A DNA stretch of 64,000 bases from Octopus sinensis (Eukaryota). This document shows positions 1-11,733 of the stretch, piece by piece. How positions within the stretch are numbered: position 1 is the first letter of the stretch; the number at the start of each line of letters is the position of its first letter. The position numbers were made by a program, and so were the translations under genes. The notes below the pieces were generated by a model. The model was given only the letters and a program-made list of their open reading frames with translations, had not been told where the DNA came from and did no database searches. The stretch covers positions 992,001 through 1,056,000 of the forward strand of contig NC_043024.1 in assembly GCF_006345805.1 (NCBI RefSeq), given 5' to 3'.

Positions 1-458
1 CCAGCACTCTGGCACAACTCCCCACCAACTGCCCCCCCTCATAAGTTTTTAAAAATCCTCCTGGTAAAGCACTCTACTGATATAAGAGTATATAATATAA
101 TCTCTTATATATATATATATATATATATACATATATATATACACATACACACACACACACCAGTAGGTGTAGAAAGTAACTACACTGCTTGTTCACAAGT
201 TCACTGTCACTATTCTTTCAACATCCATCTTTGCATGCAGACACGAGTCTGATGGAATTTGGTGAAGCAGATTTTCTAAGGCTGGATGCTCTTCCGGTTG
301 CTAACCTTCACCTGTTTTCAAGTAAGGCAACAATATTTCCTTATGACCAGACCTTGCATGCAAGACAGTGGCAGTCACACAACTACCATGTGATGTCAAG
401 GCAAGGAGACAACACACCATATATACATACATCATATATATATATAAAAATCCTGTGA

Positions 459-775
459 GGGCACGTGGCTTAGTGGTTAGGGCATTCGGCTCATGATCAT
501 AAGGTTGTGAGTTCGATTCCCGGCGACGCGTTGTGTCCTTGAGCAAGACACTTTATTTCACGTTGCTCCAGTCCACTCAGCTGGCAAAAATGAGTTGTAC
601 TTGTATTTCAAAGGGTCAGCCTTGTCAATCTCTGTGTTACGCTGATTATCCCCGAGAACTATGTTAAGGGTACACGTGTCTGTGGAATGCTCAGCCATTT
701 GCACGTTAATTTCACGAGCAAGCTGTTCCGTTGATCGTATCAGCTGGGACCCTCGTCGTCGTAACCGGCGGAGTC
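459..775 (+). mobile_element. tRNA-derived SINE, family C
   Basis: tRNA-like head GGCACGTGGCTTAGTGGTTAG...GAGTTCGATTCC (A/B boxes), body TTGTGTCCTTGAGCAAGACAC; homologous copies at 2390, 28880, 57640. Confidence 0.85.
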
Positions 776-833
776 TTTTTTTTTATATAAAAATTCAGAC
801 ACTCGCCCCAGATGCAGCACAGTGGGGTTGAAC

Positions 834-1050
834 CAGAAACGTTAGCACGCCGGGCGAAATGCTTAGCGGTATTTCGTCTGTCTCTACGTTCTGAGTTCAA
901 ATTCCGCCGAGGTTGACTTTGCCTTTCATCCTTTCGCAGTCGATAAATAAAGTACCAGTTACGCACTGGGGTCGATCTAATCGACTTATTCCCTTTGTCC
1001 GTCCTTGTTTGTCCCCTCTATGTTTAGCCCCTTGTGGGCAATAAAGAAAT
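834..1050 (+). mobile_element. tRNA-derived SINE, family B
   Basis: GAGTTCAAATTCC B-box, central GCCTTTCATCCTTTCG..GTCGATAAA..AAGTACCAG domain, 3' end GCCCCTTGTGGGCAATAAAGAAAT; more than 10 copies in window. Confidence 0.85.
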
Positions 1051-1174
1051 ATATATATATAAGTCCTGAGGTCAATCTGTTCGACTAAAGGCAGTGCTCC
1101 AGCATGGCCACAGTCAAATGACTGAAAGTATATATATATATATACATACATACATACACATATATACGCACACA

Positions 1175-1322
1175 CAGACTTCCTTCAGTTTCTGTCTACC
1201 AAATCCATTCACATGGCTTTGGCCATCCTGAAGCTATATAGTAGAAGACACCTACCCAAGGTGCTATGCAGTGGGACTGAACCTAGAACCATGTGGTTGT
1301 GAAGCAAGCTTCTTACCACATC
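1175..1322 (-). mobile_element. SINE family A, 5' part
   Basis: Reverse complement of family A head and CORE-like segment. Confidence 0.75.
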
Positions 1323-2017
1323 CACACTTAATTGGATAATTAGAATCAAAATCTCATAATGTGCATTTGAGAGCTCTTATTCCATTATTTGGGTTCCACA
1401 TGTTATCCTACAGCAGAGTATATACGTATCTCTAACATTTATGCTGATCAGTTTGTTGGATTTGGTGCCGAAAGTGGAAACTTTACAACGCTCAATGATT
1501 TTTGTTAATTAAGATCGTTTTCCGTATTTGGCAAATGTTGCCAAGAATCTGATCTGCTCTGTTGGAATTTTGTTGAGATTGTAAAGTCCTGCACAATTAT
1601 GGCTTGCATTTATTGCAGCCGTTTGTGTGGAGCACATTCTGTCGCAGAAAGCCAAGAATTTGATTGCAGGAGGCTGTGCAACGCAACTTTTGACAAGGAA
1701 AGTGACAGAAAGGTCAGTAATATGTATTTGTTGAAAAACGAAAATAACACCACCACCAAAAACAAAACAAGCGATTTGTGAGAGAAAACGCAAAGCAGAT
1801 TCACAGGTCATTAAAAATTTCTCACAGGCTTTAACGATACAAACGATAACTTCAGTTGGCACTTGAAAGTTGGTTGTTTCAAGCATTGCAGCCAGAACTG
1901 AGCAGCGCCAACATGATGCAGCTCAACAAACGCTGTGAGGATATGCTGTGAAGTGTTACAGAAAAGCAAGGATGCCAGCTCCTGTCAGATGCATGGCTTT
2001 GTGGCTAAGAGGATATT

Positions 2018-2385
2018 CTTGAGAGGCAGTTGGATGGAACTTGCACTCACCTCCTTATGAGAGCTCAAAATCTCTCATGGAAGCGTCATCCAACCAAAGT
2101 ACAAATATATGGGAAACTACCACCTGTATCATCTCTCGTGAAAGGTAAGAGAGTCCAGTTTGCTGGACATTGTTGTAGAGCTGAAAAAGAGGTAATTTCT
2201 ACCCTTCTCCTCTGGAAGCCATCTACTTGTAATACCAGAGGGCACACACTCTCCTACCCTGATGTAATCTCCAGGGATACAGGCATCCAGCAACAGGACT
2301 GCCGTAATGCCATGATGGACCGTGAAGTCTGGCGTAGCATAGTAAATTCCATTGTCTCGACCACGGTTGAACACTGATGATGATG
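2018..2385 (+). mobile_element. RTE-type LINE 3' fragment (5'-truncated)
   Basis: Encodes RLDGTCTHLLMRAQNLSW...RVQFAGHC...DREVWRSIV, the C-terminus of an RTE-like ORF; ends in (TGA)n; near-identical copy at 40068-40493. Confidence 0.85.
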
Positions 2386-2389
2386 GATA

Positions 2390-2680
2390 TTCAGCTCATG
2401 ATCATAAGGTCACAAGTTTGATTCCTGGTGTTGCATTGCATCCTTGAGCAAGACATTTCATTTAAAGTTGCACCAGTTCACAAAACTGAGTTGTACTCGT
2501 ATTTCAAAGGGTGACCCAGCCTCGTCACATTCTGTGTCATGCTGAATCACCCCGAGAACTACATTAAGGGTACACATGTGTCTGTGGAGTACTCAGCCAC
2601 TTGCTTGTTAATTTCATGAGCAGGCTGTTCCATTGATCTGATTAACTGGAACCCTCGTCATCGCAGCCAACGGAGTTCCA
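2390..2680 (+). mobile_element. SINE family C
   Basis: Homologous to 459-775. Confidence 0.8.
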
Positions 2681-3059
2681 GCATGGCCAAAGTCCACTGG
2701 CAAAAGATAAGAATCGTTTCGATCCAAACAAAATCTATTTGGAATCAATTAAATGATGAGGACTGCAATGACTCTTCATCTAAGGCTTCGTTTGATCTTA
2801 TTTATCATCGTTATTGAAATCCCCGTTAATTCCATCTGATTACAGCTTTAATTGTTTTGTGTCAGACTGATAAAGACTTCTGGCGAGAGTGAGATGATAT
2901 TTGCTAACAAAAAACATGCAGTCAGCATCATCATCAATGGTTTAACCCTTTTCAGTTCAGATTACTCTGTTAAATGTTAATGTTTTTTTTACTCAAATTG
3001 CTTTGAATTAATCATTCATTATCTCATAACTTTGAGGTTTCCATGAGGTTTTCTTTTTT

Positions 3060-3565
3060 CTTCTATTCTCTTATTTATTTCAGGCATCTGACTGCAGCCA
3101 TGCTGGAGCAAAATCTCGAAGAGTACAAGTTGAACAAATCAACTCCAAGACTTATTTCTTAAGCATAATACTTATCCTATCGGTCTCTTTTGCTGAACTG
3201 CTAAGTCATGGGGACCTAAACACACCAACACCAGTTGTCAAGTGGTGATAACTCCAAGACTTATTTCTTAAGCATAATACTTATTCTATCGGTCTCTTTT
3301 GCCGAACTGCTAAGTCATGGGGACATAAACACACCAACACCAGTTGTCAAGTGCTGATGGGGGACAAACACAGATGCATAGATATACACACATATATTTT
3401 CACATACGATGGGCTTCTTTCAGTTTCCACTTACTAAATCCACTCACAAGACTTTGGTCGGCCTGAGGCTATAATAGAAGACAGCTGCCCAATGTGTCAC
3501 GCAGCAGAACTGAACCCAGAACCATGTGGTTGAGAAGCAAGTTTCTTACCGCACAGCCACACCAG
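3060..3565 (-). mobile_element. SINE family A with internal 109-bp tandem duplication
   Basis: Family A homology; 3141-3249 repeated at 3250-3358. Confidence 0.8.
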
Positions 3566-3745
3566 TGCTTACAGCGTTAAGAAAACTTTTCTTGAAAATT
3601 TAAGCTGGAACAGATATCACCGAAGGCTTTGGAACCATCTAGAACCATTTAGAGAGTGAATGATTGAGATTTTGAGCTCAATCTTCAGCAAAATTGACAT
3701 CAATTAGCACAGGTGTGGACGTGGGGTAAGAAGCTTGCTTCCCAA

Positions 3746-3976
3746 AGGTGGCGAGCTGGCAGAAACGTTAGCACACCGGGTGAAGTGCTTAGCAGTATTT
3801 TGTCTGCCACTACGTTCTGAGTTCAAATTCTGCCAAGGTCAACTTTGCCTTTCATCTTTTCGGGGTAGATAAATTAAGTACCAGTTACACACTGGGGTCG
3901 ATGTAATCAACTTAATCCGTTTGTCTGTCCTTGTTTGTCCCCTCTATGTTTAGCCTCTTTGGGGCAATAAAGAAAT
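3746..3976 (+). mobile_element. SINE family B inserted into a family A head
   Basis: Flanked by 18-bp TSD AAGAAGCTTGCTTCCCAA (3728-3745) / AAGAAACTTGCTTCCCAA (3977-3994). Confidence 0.85.
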
Positions 3977-4139
3977 AAGAAACTTGCTTCCCAACCACAT
4001 GGTTCCGGGTTCAGTCCCACCACGTGTTACCTTGGGCAAGTGTCTTTTACTATAGCCTGGGACCAACGAAAGCCTTGTGGATTTGGTCGATGGAAACTGA
4101 AAGAAACCCAGTGTGTGTGTGTGTGTGTGTGTGTATATA

Positions 4140-4320
4140 ATCATCATCATTTACCATCCTCTTTCTATGTTGGCATGGGTCAGATGGTTTGAAAGGTGGT
4201 TATAAGCTAAAGAGCTGCACCAAGCTCCAGTTGTCTGTTTTGGGTTGGTTTCTATGGTTGGACGAGGCCCTTCCTAACACCAACCACTTTACAGAGTGTG
4301 GACTGGGTGCTTTTTGTGTG
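4140..4320 (+). mobile_element. Non-autonomous repeat family E (RTE-associated)
   Basis: (ATC)n start, CCATGYTGGCATGGGT and GGAYGCCCTTCCTAAYRCCAACC motifs shared by more than 8 copies. Confidence 0.65.
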
Positions 4321-4509
4321 CCTTTCTTTGGGCCCCACAATCACCTAACAACCAGTGTCGATGTGTTTAGGTGCCTGCAACTTAGTAGTTCGGCAGGATA
4401 AATCACCAGGCTTAAAAATACAAAATACTGGGGTCAGTTCATTCGACGAAAATTTCTTCAAGGTGATGCCCCAGCATGGCCGCAACCTTATGACAGAAAC
4501 AAGTAAAAG

Positions 4510-4735
4510 AAGGTGGCAAGCTGGCAGAAGCGTTAAGCATGCCGGGCGAAATGCTTAGCAGTTTTTTGTCTGCTGTTACGTTCTGAGTTCAAATTCCACT
4601 GAGGTTGACTTTGCTTTTCATCCTTTTGGGGTCAATAATTTAAGTACCAGCTACACACTGGGGTCGATGTAATCGACTTAACCCCTCTGTCTGTCCCCTC
4701 TATGTTTAACCCCTTGTGGGCAATAAAGAAATAAG
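4510..4735 (+). mobile_element. SINE family B
   Basis: Homologous to 834-1050. Confidence 0.85.
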
Positions 4736-5095
4736 AAACAAGTAAAAGAGAAAAGATTATGTTTGAAAACACTCACAATTATAGAAATGTACTGAGCCTT
4801 GTTTTTTACAGAAGACCCACTTTTTTTAATAAATGACATTAACATTATACCTTTCGTAGGAAGTACCAACTATTCTGGCCATATTTTCTCAGTTAATTAC
4901 TACATTTTCAATCCATTTGCTTGTAATACTATCTCTTAATTTTCATAAAGCTGATGTAATGTCGTAGACCCAGATTCACAAGGCAAGGAGTAAAATTTCT
5001 TATTTCCTGACTTAATTTCTGTTAATGCATATTTTAATTTATTTTATAAAACTCTCGTATCATTTACACATAATGTTCAAAGCCTAACAGCTTAA

Positions 5096-5813
5096 CCCTT
5101 TTAACATGGAAATCAGATCCACACAAAATTTTATTACCCTTAATTGGGGAAATCAGTTTATTCATCTACCAATCTCTCTCTTTTGAGGGACGTCAGGTTT
5201 GAATCTAATTTTTGTTGAAATATGTCAAGTTTATTGAAGCAACGAGACTTGGAGAAAATAGCAATTCTATTTTTTGGTAGATATCGTTGACAGAGCAGCT
5301 AACCGGCTTCCGTGCCAGTGACACATATAAGGCACCATTCGAGTGTGATCGTTACCAGCGTCGCCTTACTGGCACTCGAGCCCCGTGCTAGTAGGGTGCT
5401 AAGAGCACCATCCAAGCGTGATCGTTGCCAGAGCAGCCAACTGGCTTCCGTGAAGGTGGCACGTAAAAGGGCACCATTCAAGCGTGATCGTTACCAAAGT
5501 CGCCTTACTGGCACCTGTGCCGGTGGCATGTGTAAAAGGATTCAAGCGAGGTCGTTGCCAGTACCGCCTGACTGGCCCCTGTGCTGGTGGCACGTAAATA
5601 GCACCCACTACACTCTCGGAGTGGTTGGTGTTAGGAAGGGCATCCAGCTGTAGAAACTCTGCCAAATCAAGACTGGAGCCTGGTGCAGCCATCTGGTTCA
5701 CCAGTCTTCAGTCAAAATCATCCAACCCATGCTAGCATGGAAAGCGGACGTTAAACGATGATGATTAAACATCATTACTAGGATAATCATGAAATTTAAT
5801 ACCAGTTAGAGGG
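5096..5813. mobile_element. Candidate piggyBac-type MITE interrupted by family E insertion
   Basis: TTAA at 5092-5095 and 5814-5817; imperfect termini CCCTTTTAAC / GTTAGAGGG. Confidence 0.45.
5283..5765 (-). mobile_element. Repeat family E, long copy with internal tandem subunits
   Basis: GGATGCCCTTCCTAACACCAACC motif on minus strand; repeated CGTGATCGTT(A/G)CCA and TTACTGGCAC subunits. Confidence 0.75.
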
Positions 5814-6417
5814 TTAAATAGTTTTGAAAAATCTCCAAAGTTGTCATAATTTAGCATTTTATTTGTAAATAAGAAAATCTTTAGAAAAAGCTTAAAATTA
5901 ATCCCTTTTTTTCTTCTTTGCAGTACCTTGTGCTTTGGTGGTCTCAAGCCTTATTGGAGACTAAATCACTAAGATTATAAAAAAAAATGAAAAGAAAAGA
6001 GAAAAACACAACCTGCCAAATGAAACTAAAAATTATGGCTAGAAACTAAGTTTAATAAGAAGAAAGACTAAGAAATTCTTCAGCTACATGAATAGGGAAA
6101 AAGTTAAGTGCAACATCTGTCCTTCCTCCAGTAACAGATGTCAAAAGCTCTTTCTTTACTCAACATTCTCCTTAAATATTCACATAAAAAGTACTGGTTC
6201 CATGTAAACAGAACACAGTTCATTCTGTAAATACACTGGCATTAGGGAGGGCATCCAGCTGTAGAAGCCATGCCAAAACAGACAAGTGGGGGCTAGTGCG
6301 GATCCCGGCCTGACCAGCTCCTATCAAACCATCTAACCTGTGTCAGCATGGAAAATGGACATTAAATACTCTTTACTCTTTTACTTGTTTCAGTCATTTG
6401 ACTGTGGCCATGCTGGA

Positions 6418-7175
6418 GCCATAGAAAACCTGCACCAGTAAACTCTCTGTCCAACCAAGCAAGCATTTAAAAGTGGATATTAAATTGATTATGATGATGA
6501 TGATGAATGATATCAGAATGATATTACGTGTTGAGTAAATTTAAGATAGCTATCAGCAATGGCTTCCAAGTTCCTTGTATCTTGGACAAGGACAAAAAGT
6601 CAGCTGAGAAATAAATGGTGACATTTACTCTTTTACTTGTTTCAGTCATCTGACTACGGCCATGCTGGAGCACCGCCTTTAGTCAAGCAAATCGACCCCA
6701 GGACTTATTTTTTGTCCTGGAGTCGATTTGCTCGACTAAAGGCGGTGCTCCAGCATGGCCGCAGTCAGATGACTGAAACAAGTAAAAGAGTAAATGTAAA
6801 AAAAAAAAAAAAAATGTAAATTTGAGAATTTATGTTAATGACATTAAAATACGAAATGAAATAAAAAATTTTCCACCTATAACCATGTGATTTTTAGCTC
6901 ACTTGAACTTTGACCTGTTCACAGAAGCTCTCTGTCAACAGCCGTGTTGCCATTGTTTTCAGTTCGAATAACTTAGAGATGTCACCATTTATTTCTCAGC
7001 TGACTTTTTGTCCTTGTCCAAGATACAAGGAACTTCGAAGCCATTGCTGATAGCTATCTTAAATTTACTCAACAAGTATCGGATATCATTCATCATCATC
7101 ATAATCAATTTAATATCCACTTTTAAATGCTTGCTTGGTTGGACAGAGAGTTTACTGGTGCAGGTTTTCTATGGC
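6418..7175. repeat. ~200-bp inverted duplication (arms 6418-6624 and 6979-7175)
   Basis: Direct reading: arm 2 is the reverse complement of arm 1 with few differences. Confidence 0.9.
6621..6797. repeat. Palindrome of two SINE A 3' tails (84-bp arms, 9-nt loop)
   Basis: Arms 6621-6704 and 6714-6797 are reverse complements with about 3 mismatches. Confidence 0.92.
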
Positions 7176-7312
7176 TGGGTGCCCTTCCTGTTGCCAACCT
7201 TCACCTGCTGCTTCCCCATGGCCAGGGACAATCATTTACAACAACCACATGGCATCGTGATAAGTAGACACACGTACGCATGTACAGAGTCTGCTAAAAA
7301 ATGTACACATAC

Positions 7313-7369
7313 TTCAGGAAAGGATAAATCTCTATCAAGATTTAACAAAATCAGTGCTGGCAATAATTT
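7313..7369 (-). CDS. Candidate internal exon (KLLPALILLNLDRDLSFPE) of an unidentified gene
   Basis: Acceptor TTTATTGATTTTCTACAG, donor GAA|GTATGT, 57 nt phase 0/0, open frame, apparently unique sequence; no homology recognised. Confidence 0.35.
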
Positions 7370-7449
7370 CTGTAGAAAATCAATAAAGATGACTTTAACA
7401 TGTGATTTAAGTGCACTGCTAACACAGAAGTACACAGATGTTACTCTTA

Positions 7450-7846
7450 ACTCTTTTACTTGTTTCAGTCATTTGAATGCGGCCATGCTGGAGCACTGCC
7501 TTTAGTCGAGCAAATCGACCCCAGGACTTATTCTTTGTAAGCCCAGTACTTATTCTATCGGTCTCTTTTGCTGAACCGCTAAGTGACGGGGACGTAAACA
7601 CACCAGCATCGGTTGTCAAGCAATGCTAGGGGTACAAACACAGACACACAAACATATACACACACATACATATACATATATACGACAGGCTTCTTTCAGT
7701 TTCCGTCTACCAAATCCACTCACAAGGCTTTGGTCGGCCCGAGGCTACAGCAGAAGACACTTACCCAAGTTGCCACGGAGTGGGACTGAACCCAGAACCA
7801 TGTGGTCGGTTAGCAAGCTACTTACCACACAGCCACTCCTGTGCCT
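7450..7846 (-). mobile_element. SINE family A, full length (tRNA head, CORE-like segment, internal TA/TG microsatellite, tail)
   Basis: Minus strand: GGCACAGGAGTGGCTGTGTGGTAAG A-box, GGTTCAGTCCC B-box, CTTGGGTAAGTGTCTTC CORE-like motif, tail GAAACAAGTAAAAGAG. Confidence 0.88.
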
Positions 7847-7907
7847 ATAGTCAATTATTACAAAATAATTGTTTTTTATTTTATGCTTGAACAGTTTATA
7901 TATTACC

Positions 7908-8285
7908 ATGTGGCTGTGTGGTAAGAAGTTTGCTTCCCAACTGCATGGTTCCAGGTTCAGTCCCACTGAGTGGCACCTTGGGCAAGTGTCTTCTGCTATA
8001 GCCTCGGGCCGACCAAAACCTTATGAGTGGATCTGGTAGACAGAAACTGAAAGAAGTGCGTTGTGCGTGTGTGTGCCTGTGACCCTCCCACCCACTGTTT
8101 TGCAGTTGGAGTTGGTTTGTTTACATCCCTGTAACTTAGCAGTTCTGCAAAAGAGACCATTTGAATAAGTACAAGGCTTCGAGAAAAAAAAAAAATAAAT
8201 AATGAGATCAATTCATTCAACTAAAAATTCTTCAAGAGAATGCCCCAGCATGGCCACAGTCTAATGACTGAAACAAGTAAAAAGG
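7908..8285 (+). mobile_element. SINE family A
   Basis: Homologous to 11533-11940. Confidence 0.85.
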
Positions 8286-8455
8286 TAAAGGATATTTATT
8301 CATAACTTCGATGGGAATTTCTAACTCTGAATTCATTTCCAGGGGTTTTATACATGCAACTCAAGTTCTGCTTTGTCAGCTCTTATAATCTCTCCCACCA
8401 AATCTTGGCTTATTTTCATTATTGTATGTGTGTGTGTGTGCATGCATGTCTCTTG

Positions 8456-8831
8456 TACTGGTTTCAGTCATTTGACTGTGGCCATGCTGGAGCACCGCCT
8501 TTAGTCGAGCAAATCGACCCCGGGACTTATTTTTTGTAAGCCCAGAACTTATTCTATCGGTCTCTTTTGCCGAACCGCTAAGTGATGGTTGTCAAGCAAT
8601 GCTAGGGGGACAAACACAGACACACAAACATATACATACACATACATATATATATATATACATATATACGACAGGCTTCTTTCAGTTTCCGTCTACCAAA
8701 TCCACTCACAAGGCATTGGTCGGCCCGGGGCTATAGCAGAAGACACTTGCCCAAGATGCCACGCAGTGGGACTGAACCCGGAACCATGTGGTTGGTAGAC
8801 AAGCTACTTACCACACAGGCACTCCTGCGCC
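8456..8831 (-). mobile_element. SINE family A
   Basis: Homologous, with small internal deletion. Confidence 0.88.
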
Positions 8832-9219
8832 TGTGTACATGTTATAAACTATCGAATTTACAATTCAGTAAAATGCAAAAAAAGTAAAACCAAAACCATT
8901 ACAGGTGCAGGCATGGGTGTTTGTATAGTTAAGAAGCTTTCTTTGCGACCGAGTGGTTTAGGGTTCAAGTCCTCTGCACCCTCATAAACCTACTTATGCA
9001 CAATGTGTCTCTGTCGAATCTCTTCCCCTCCTAACACCTCCTCCCCTTATTTGGGTCCACTTGTGACATTCTCTCACCTCCCAACTCCCCCCTCCTTTTG
9101 CAATCTTGCAAACTCCCCCACCCTTTGATCCACTCCATTTACACCTCCCTGTAATCCCAGTCTACAACCCATGGCAGCAGCGAAAAGGGACATTAAACAA
9201 TTATCATAAACACAGACAC

Positions 9220-9225
9220 ACATAT

Positions 9226-9281
<56 letters not shown>

Positions 9282-9900
9282 GAGAGAGAGAGAGGGGGGG
9301 GTTATACATACCTACATAGTTTATACACGTCTCTGTGTTATACATTCATGCTCTACCTACGTAGGTCATGTACACTTATATACATATATAGGTCATATAT
9401 ACTTATATCTAGATATAGGTCATACATACCTTTACACAAACCTACATATATCATACATACCTACATACATATATTCTACATACTTACATACATATCATAC
9501 ATACCTATATACATATATTCTACATACTTATATACATATATATTCTACATACTTCTACACATACATATTATACATATCTATATACATATACATATATATA
9601 TATACATATTATAATATCTATATACATATACATATATATATATACATATTATAATATCTATATACATATACATATATATATACATATTATAATATCTATA
9701 TACATATACATATATATATACATATTATAATATCTATATACATATATATATATATACTATACATACACACCACACACACACATACATACAAATATATACA
9801 CACACACACACAATATATATATAGATATATACACACATACAGACACATATAGACACACACATATACATATATGTGTGTGTGTGTATGTACACACCTACAT
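9220..9900. repeat. Compound (TA)n/(CATA)n/(CA)n microsatellite with ~36-40-bp repeating unit at 9580-9740
   Basis: Unit TACATATTATAATATCTATATACATATACATATATATA recurs four times. Confidence 0.9.
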
Positions 9901-10325
9901 ATTGTATAATGATATTGTCACGCAATCCTAATACTTTGAATCCTTTATTCAATGTGGCTTCTTCTCTACAAATAAGCCCAGGACACACACACACACACAG
10001 AATATGGTAATTATGAAGTCCCCTTCCTCCAAATTCCCTTTCTCTGTATTAGAAGCAATTATCACTGAAGCTGAAAAATTATTTATGGATGGGAAGTCTC
10101 GTGTGAAACTTTCAACAACACATTTACACACACACTGCATTGCACCACACACACACACACACGCATACAGTTGTTTCATTCCAAATCAAAACTGGTCGTT
10201 TAGACCAGCAATTCTCAACCAGGGTCCATATAAGATTTGGTGGGGGCCAGTCCACACAACAGAATAGTAAATTGGGGATCAATGGTAGTATTTGAAAGGC
10301 CCCTGAAAAATTTTTTTACTTGAAA

Positions 10326-10730
10326 TGTCATCATCGTCATCTAACGTCCATTGTCCATGCTGGCATGGGTTGGACAGTTTGACCAGGGCTGGTAAGCTGA
10401 GGGGCTGCACCGGACTCCAGTCTGATTTGGCAGGGTTTCTATGGCTGGATGCCCTTCCTAACGCCAACCACTCTGAGAGTGTAACAGGTGTTTTTATGTG
10501 CCAGTTGTGTGACACTGGTATCTGCCACGGCTATGATTTCACTTGGTTTGATGGGTCTTCTACTCAAGCACAGCATATTGCCAAAGGTCTCAGTCATCTG
10601 TCACTGCTTCCACAAGACCCAACGCTCAAAAGATGCTTTTTATGTGACACTGGCACAGGTGCCAGTCATGGGACACTGACAACGGCCATGACTACGATTT
10701 CACTTGACAGGTCTTCTCAAGCACATAAAA
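10326..10730 (+). mobile_element. Repeat family E nested in hAT MITE
   Basis: GGATGCCCTTCCTAACGCCAACC motif; absent from the homologous MITE at 16635. Confidence 0.75.
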
Positions 10731-10909
10731 TGTAGGTTTTCCAAACATGTAGGACACCCACATATTATTATTATTATTATTATTATCTAGGTTTCTTTCT
10801 CTGATATTATACATGGTTCAACCTATTCAAGTTAATGTGTGAAAAACAAAACAAGAATTTTGAAAGAAGTTTCTATAAAACTAGTTTTTAAAATTGAATG
10901 ACTATAGGG

Positions 10910-11088
10910 CAGTGGTTTTCAACCAGGGTTCCGCAAGAAGTTACAAAACTGCTAAAGTCGGCAGTAATTATTATGTCTCCTGTGCAGATATGTGTGCATA
11001 AAACTATTAAATTATTGCACAGGGGTTCCTCGAGCCAGTGGAATGTTTCCTTGGGGTTCCGCTCCAGTAAAAAGTTTGAAAAGCACTG
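10910..11088. mobile_element. Second hAT MITE nested in the first
   Basis: TIRs CAGTGGTTTTCAA / TTGAAAAGCACTG; 8-bp flanks CTATAGGG / CTTTCGGG. Confidence 0.75.
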
Positions 11089-11532
11089 CTTTCGGGGTCC
11101 AGCAGATTAAAATAGTAATCAAAGGGTTCCATAGATAAAAAATGGTTGAGAAGCCATGGATCAGACCAACGATTGGAAGACACAGCAACCTTATTCTTAT
11201 CTGATCTCTGTATGCCAATAAGGACACATTCAACTTCTTGTAGCCACTTGTCCATGCTTGCATAGGTGTAACAGGGTTCAATGGTTTTCTACAGCCGGAA
11301 GCTCTTCCTCTCACCAACCTTCACCTGTTACAAAGCCTCATATTTCTTTGTGACCAGAAGATCGGAAATGAATGACAGTTTGTATGACTGTGACTCATTT
11401 GCAGCTATGTCAAGATAAGGAGACAATAATGCATGCACACATGGACCTATGCACCTAGACATATCTTTTTATGTTAAAAATAGGTGCGTGAAGTGGCATG
11501 TAAAAAGGTACTCAAAATTTATATATGTATAT

Positions 11533-11696
11533 AGGCGCAGGAGTGGCTGTGTGGTAAGTAGCTTGCTAACCAACCACATGGTTCCGGGTTCAGTCCCACT
11601 GCGTGGCATCTTGGGCAAGTGTCTTCTGCTATAGCCCCGGGCCGACCAATGCTTTGTGAGTGGATTTGGTAGACGGAAACTGAAAGAAGCCTGTCG

Positions 11697-11733
<37 letters not shown>

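Larger units (their letters stand above)
10206..11158. mobile_element. hAT (Charlie-like) MITE carrying two nested insertions
   Basis: Termini CAGCAATTCTCAA / TTGAGAAGCCATG; 8-bp flanks GTTTAGAC / GATCAGAC; homologous to 16635-16953. Confidence 0.7.

Noticed and set aside
1509-1886. 125-aa minus-strand ORF, and plus-strand DRFPYLANVAKNL resembling a hAT dimerisation motif
   Set aside because: No recognisable domain; the downstream ERxFS motif is absent and frames are broken. Possibly an old transposase relic but not supportable.
4770-5030. Protein-like minus-strand frame with several TGA stops (possible NUMT or recoding)
   Set aside because: Also contains TAA stops and matches no mitochondrial protein I recognise; consistent with AT-rich noise.
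5160-5240. Exon-like segment SRCFNKLDIFQQKLDSNLTSLKRERL
   Set aside because: Lies within the candidate TTAA-flanked MITE; splice sites are mediocre.
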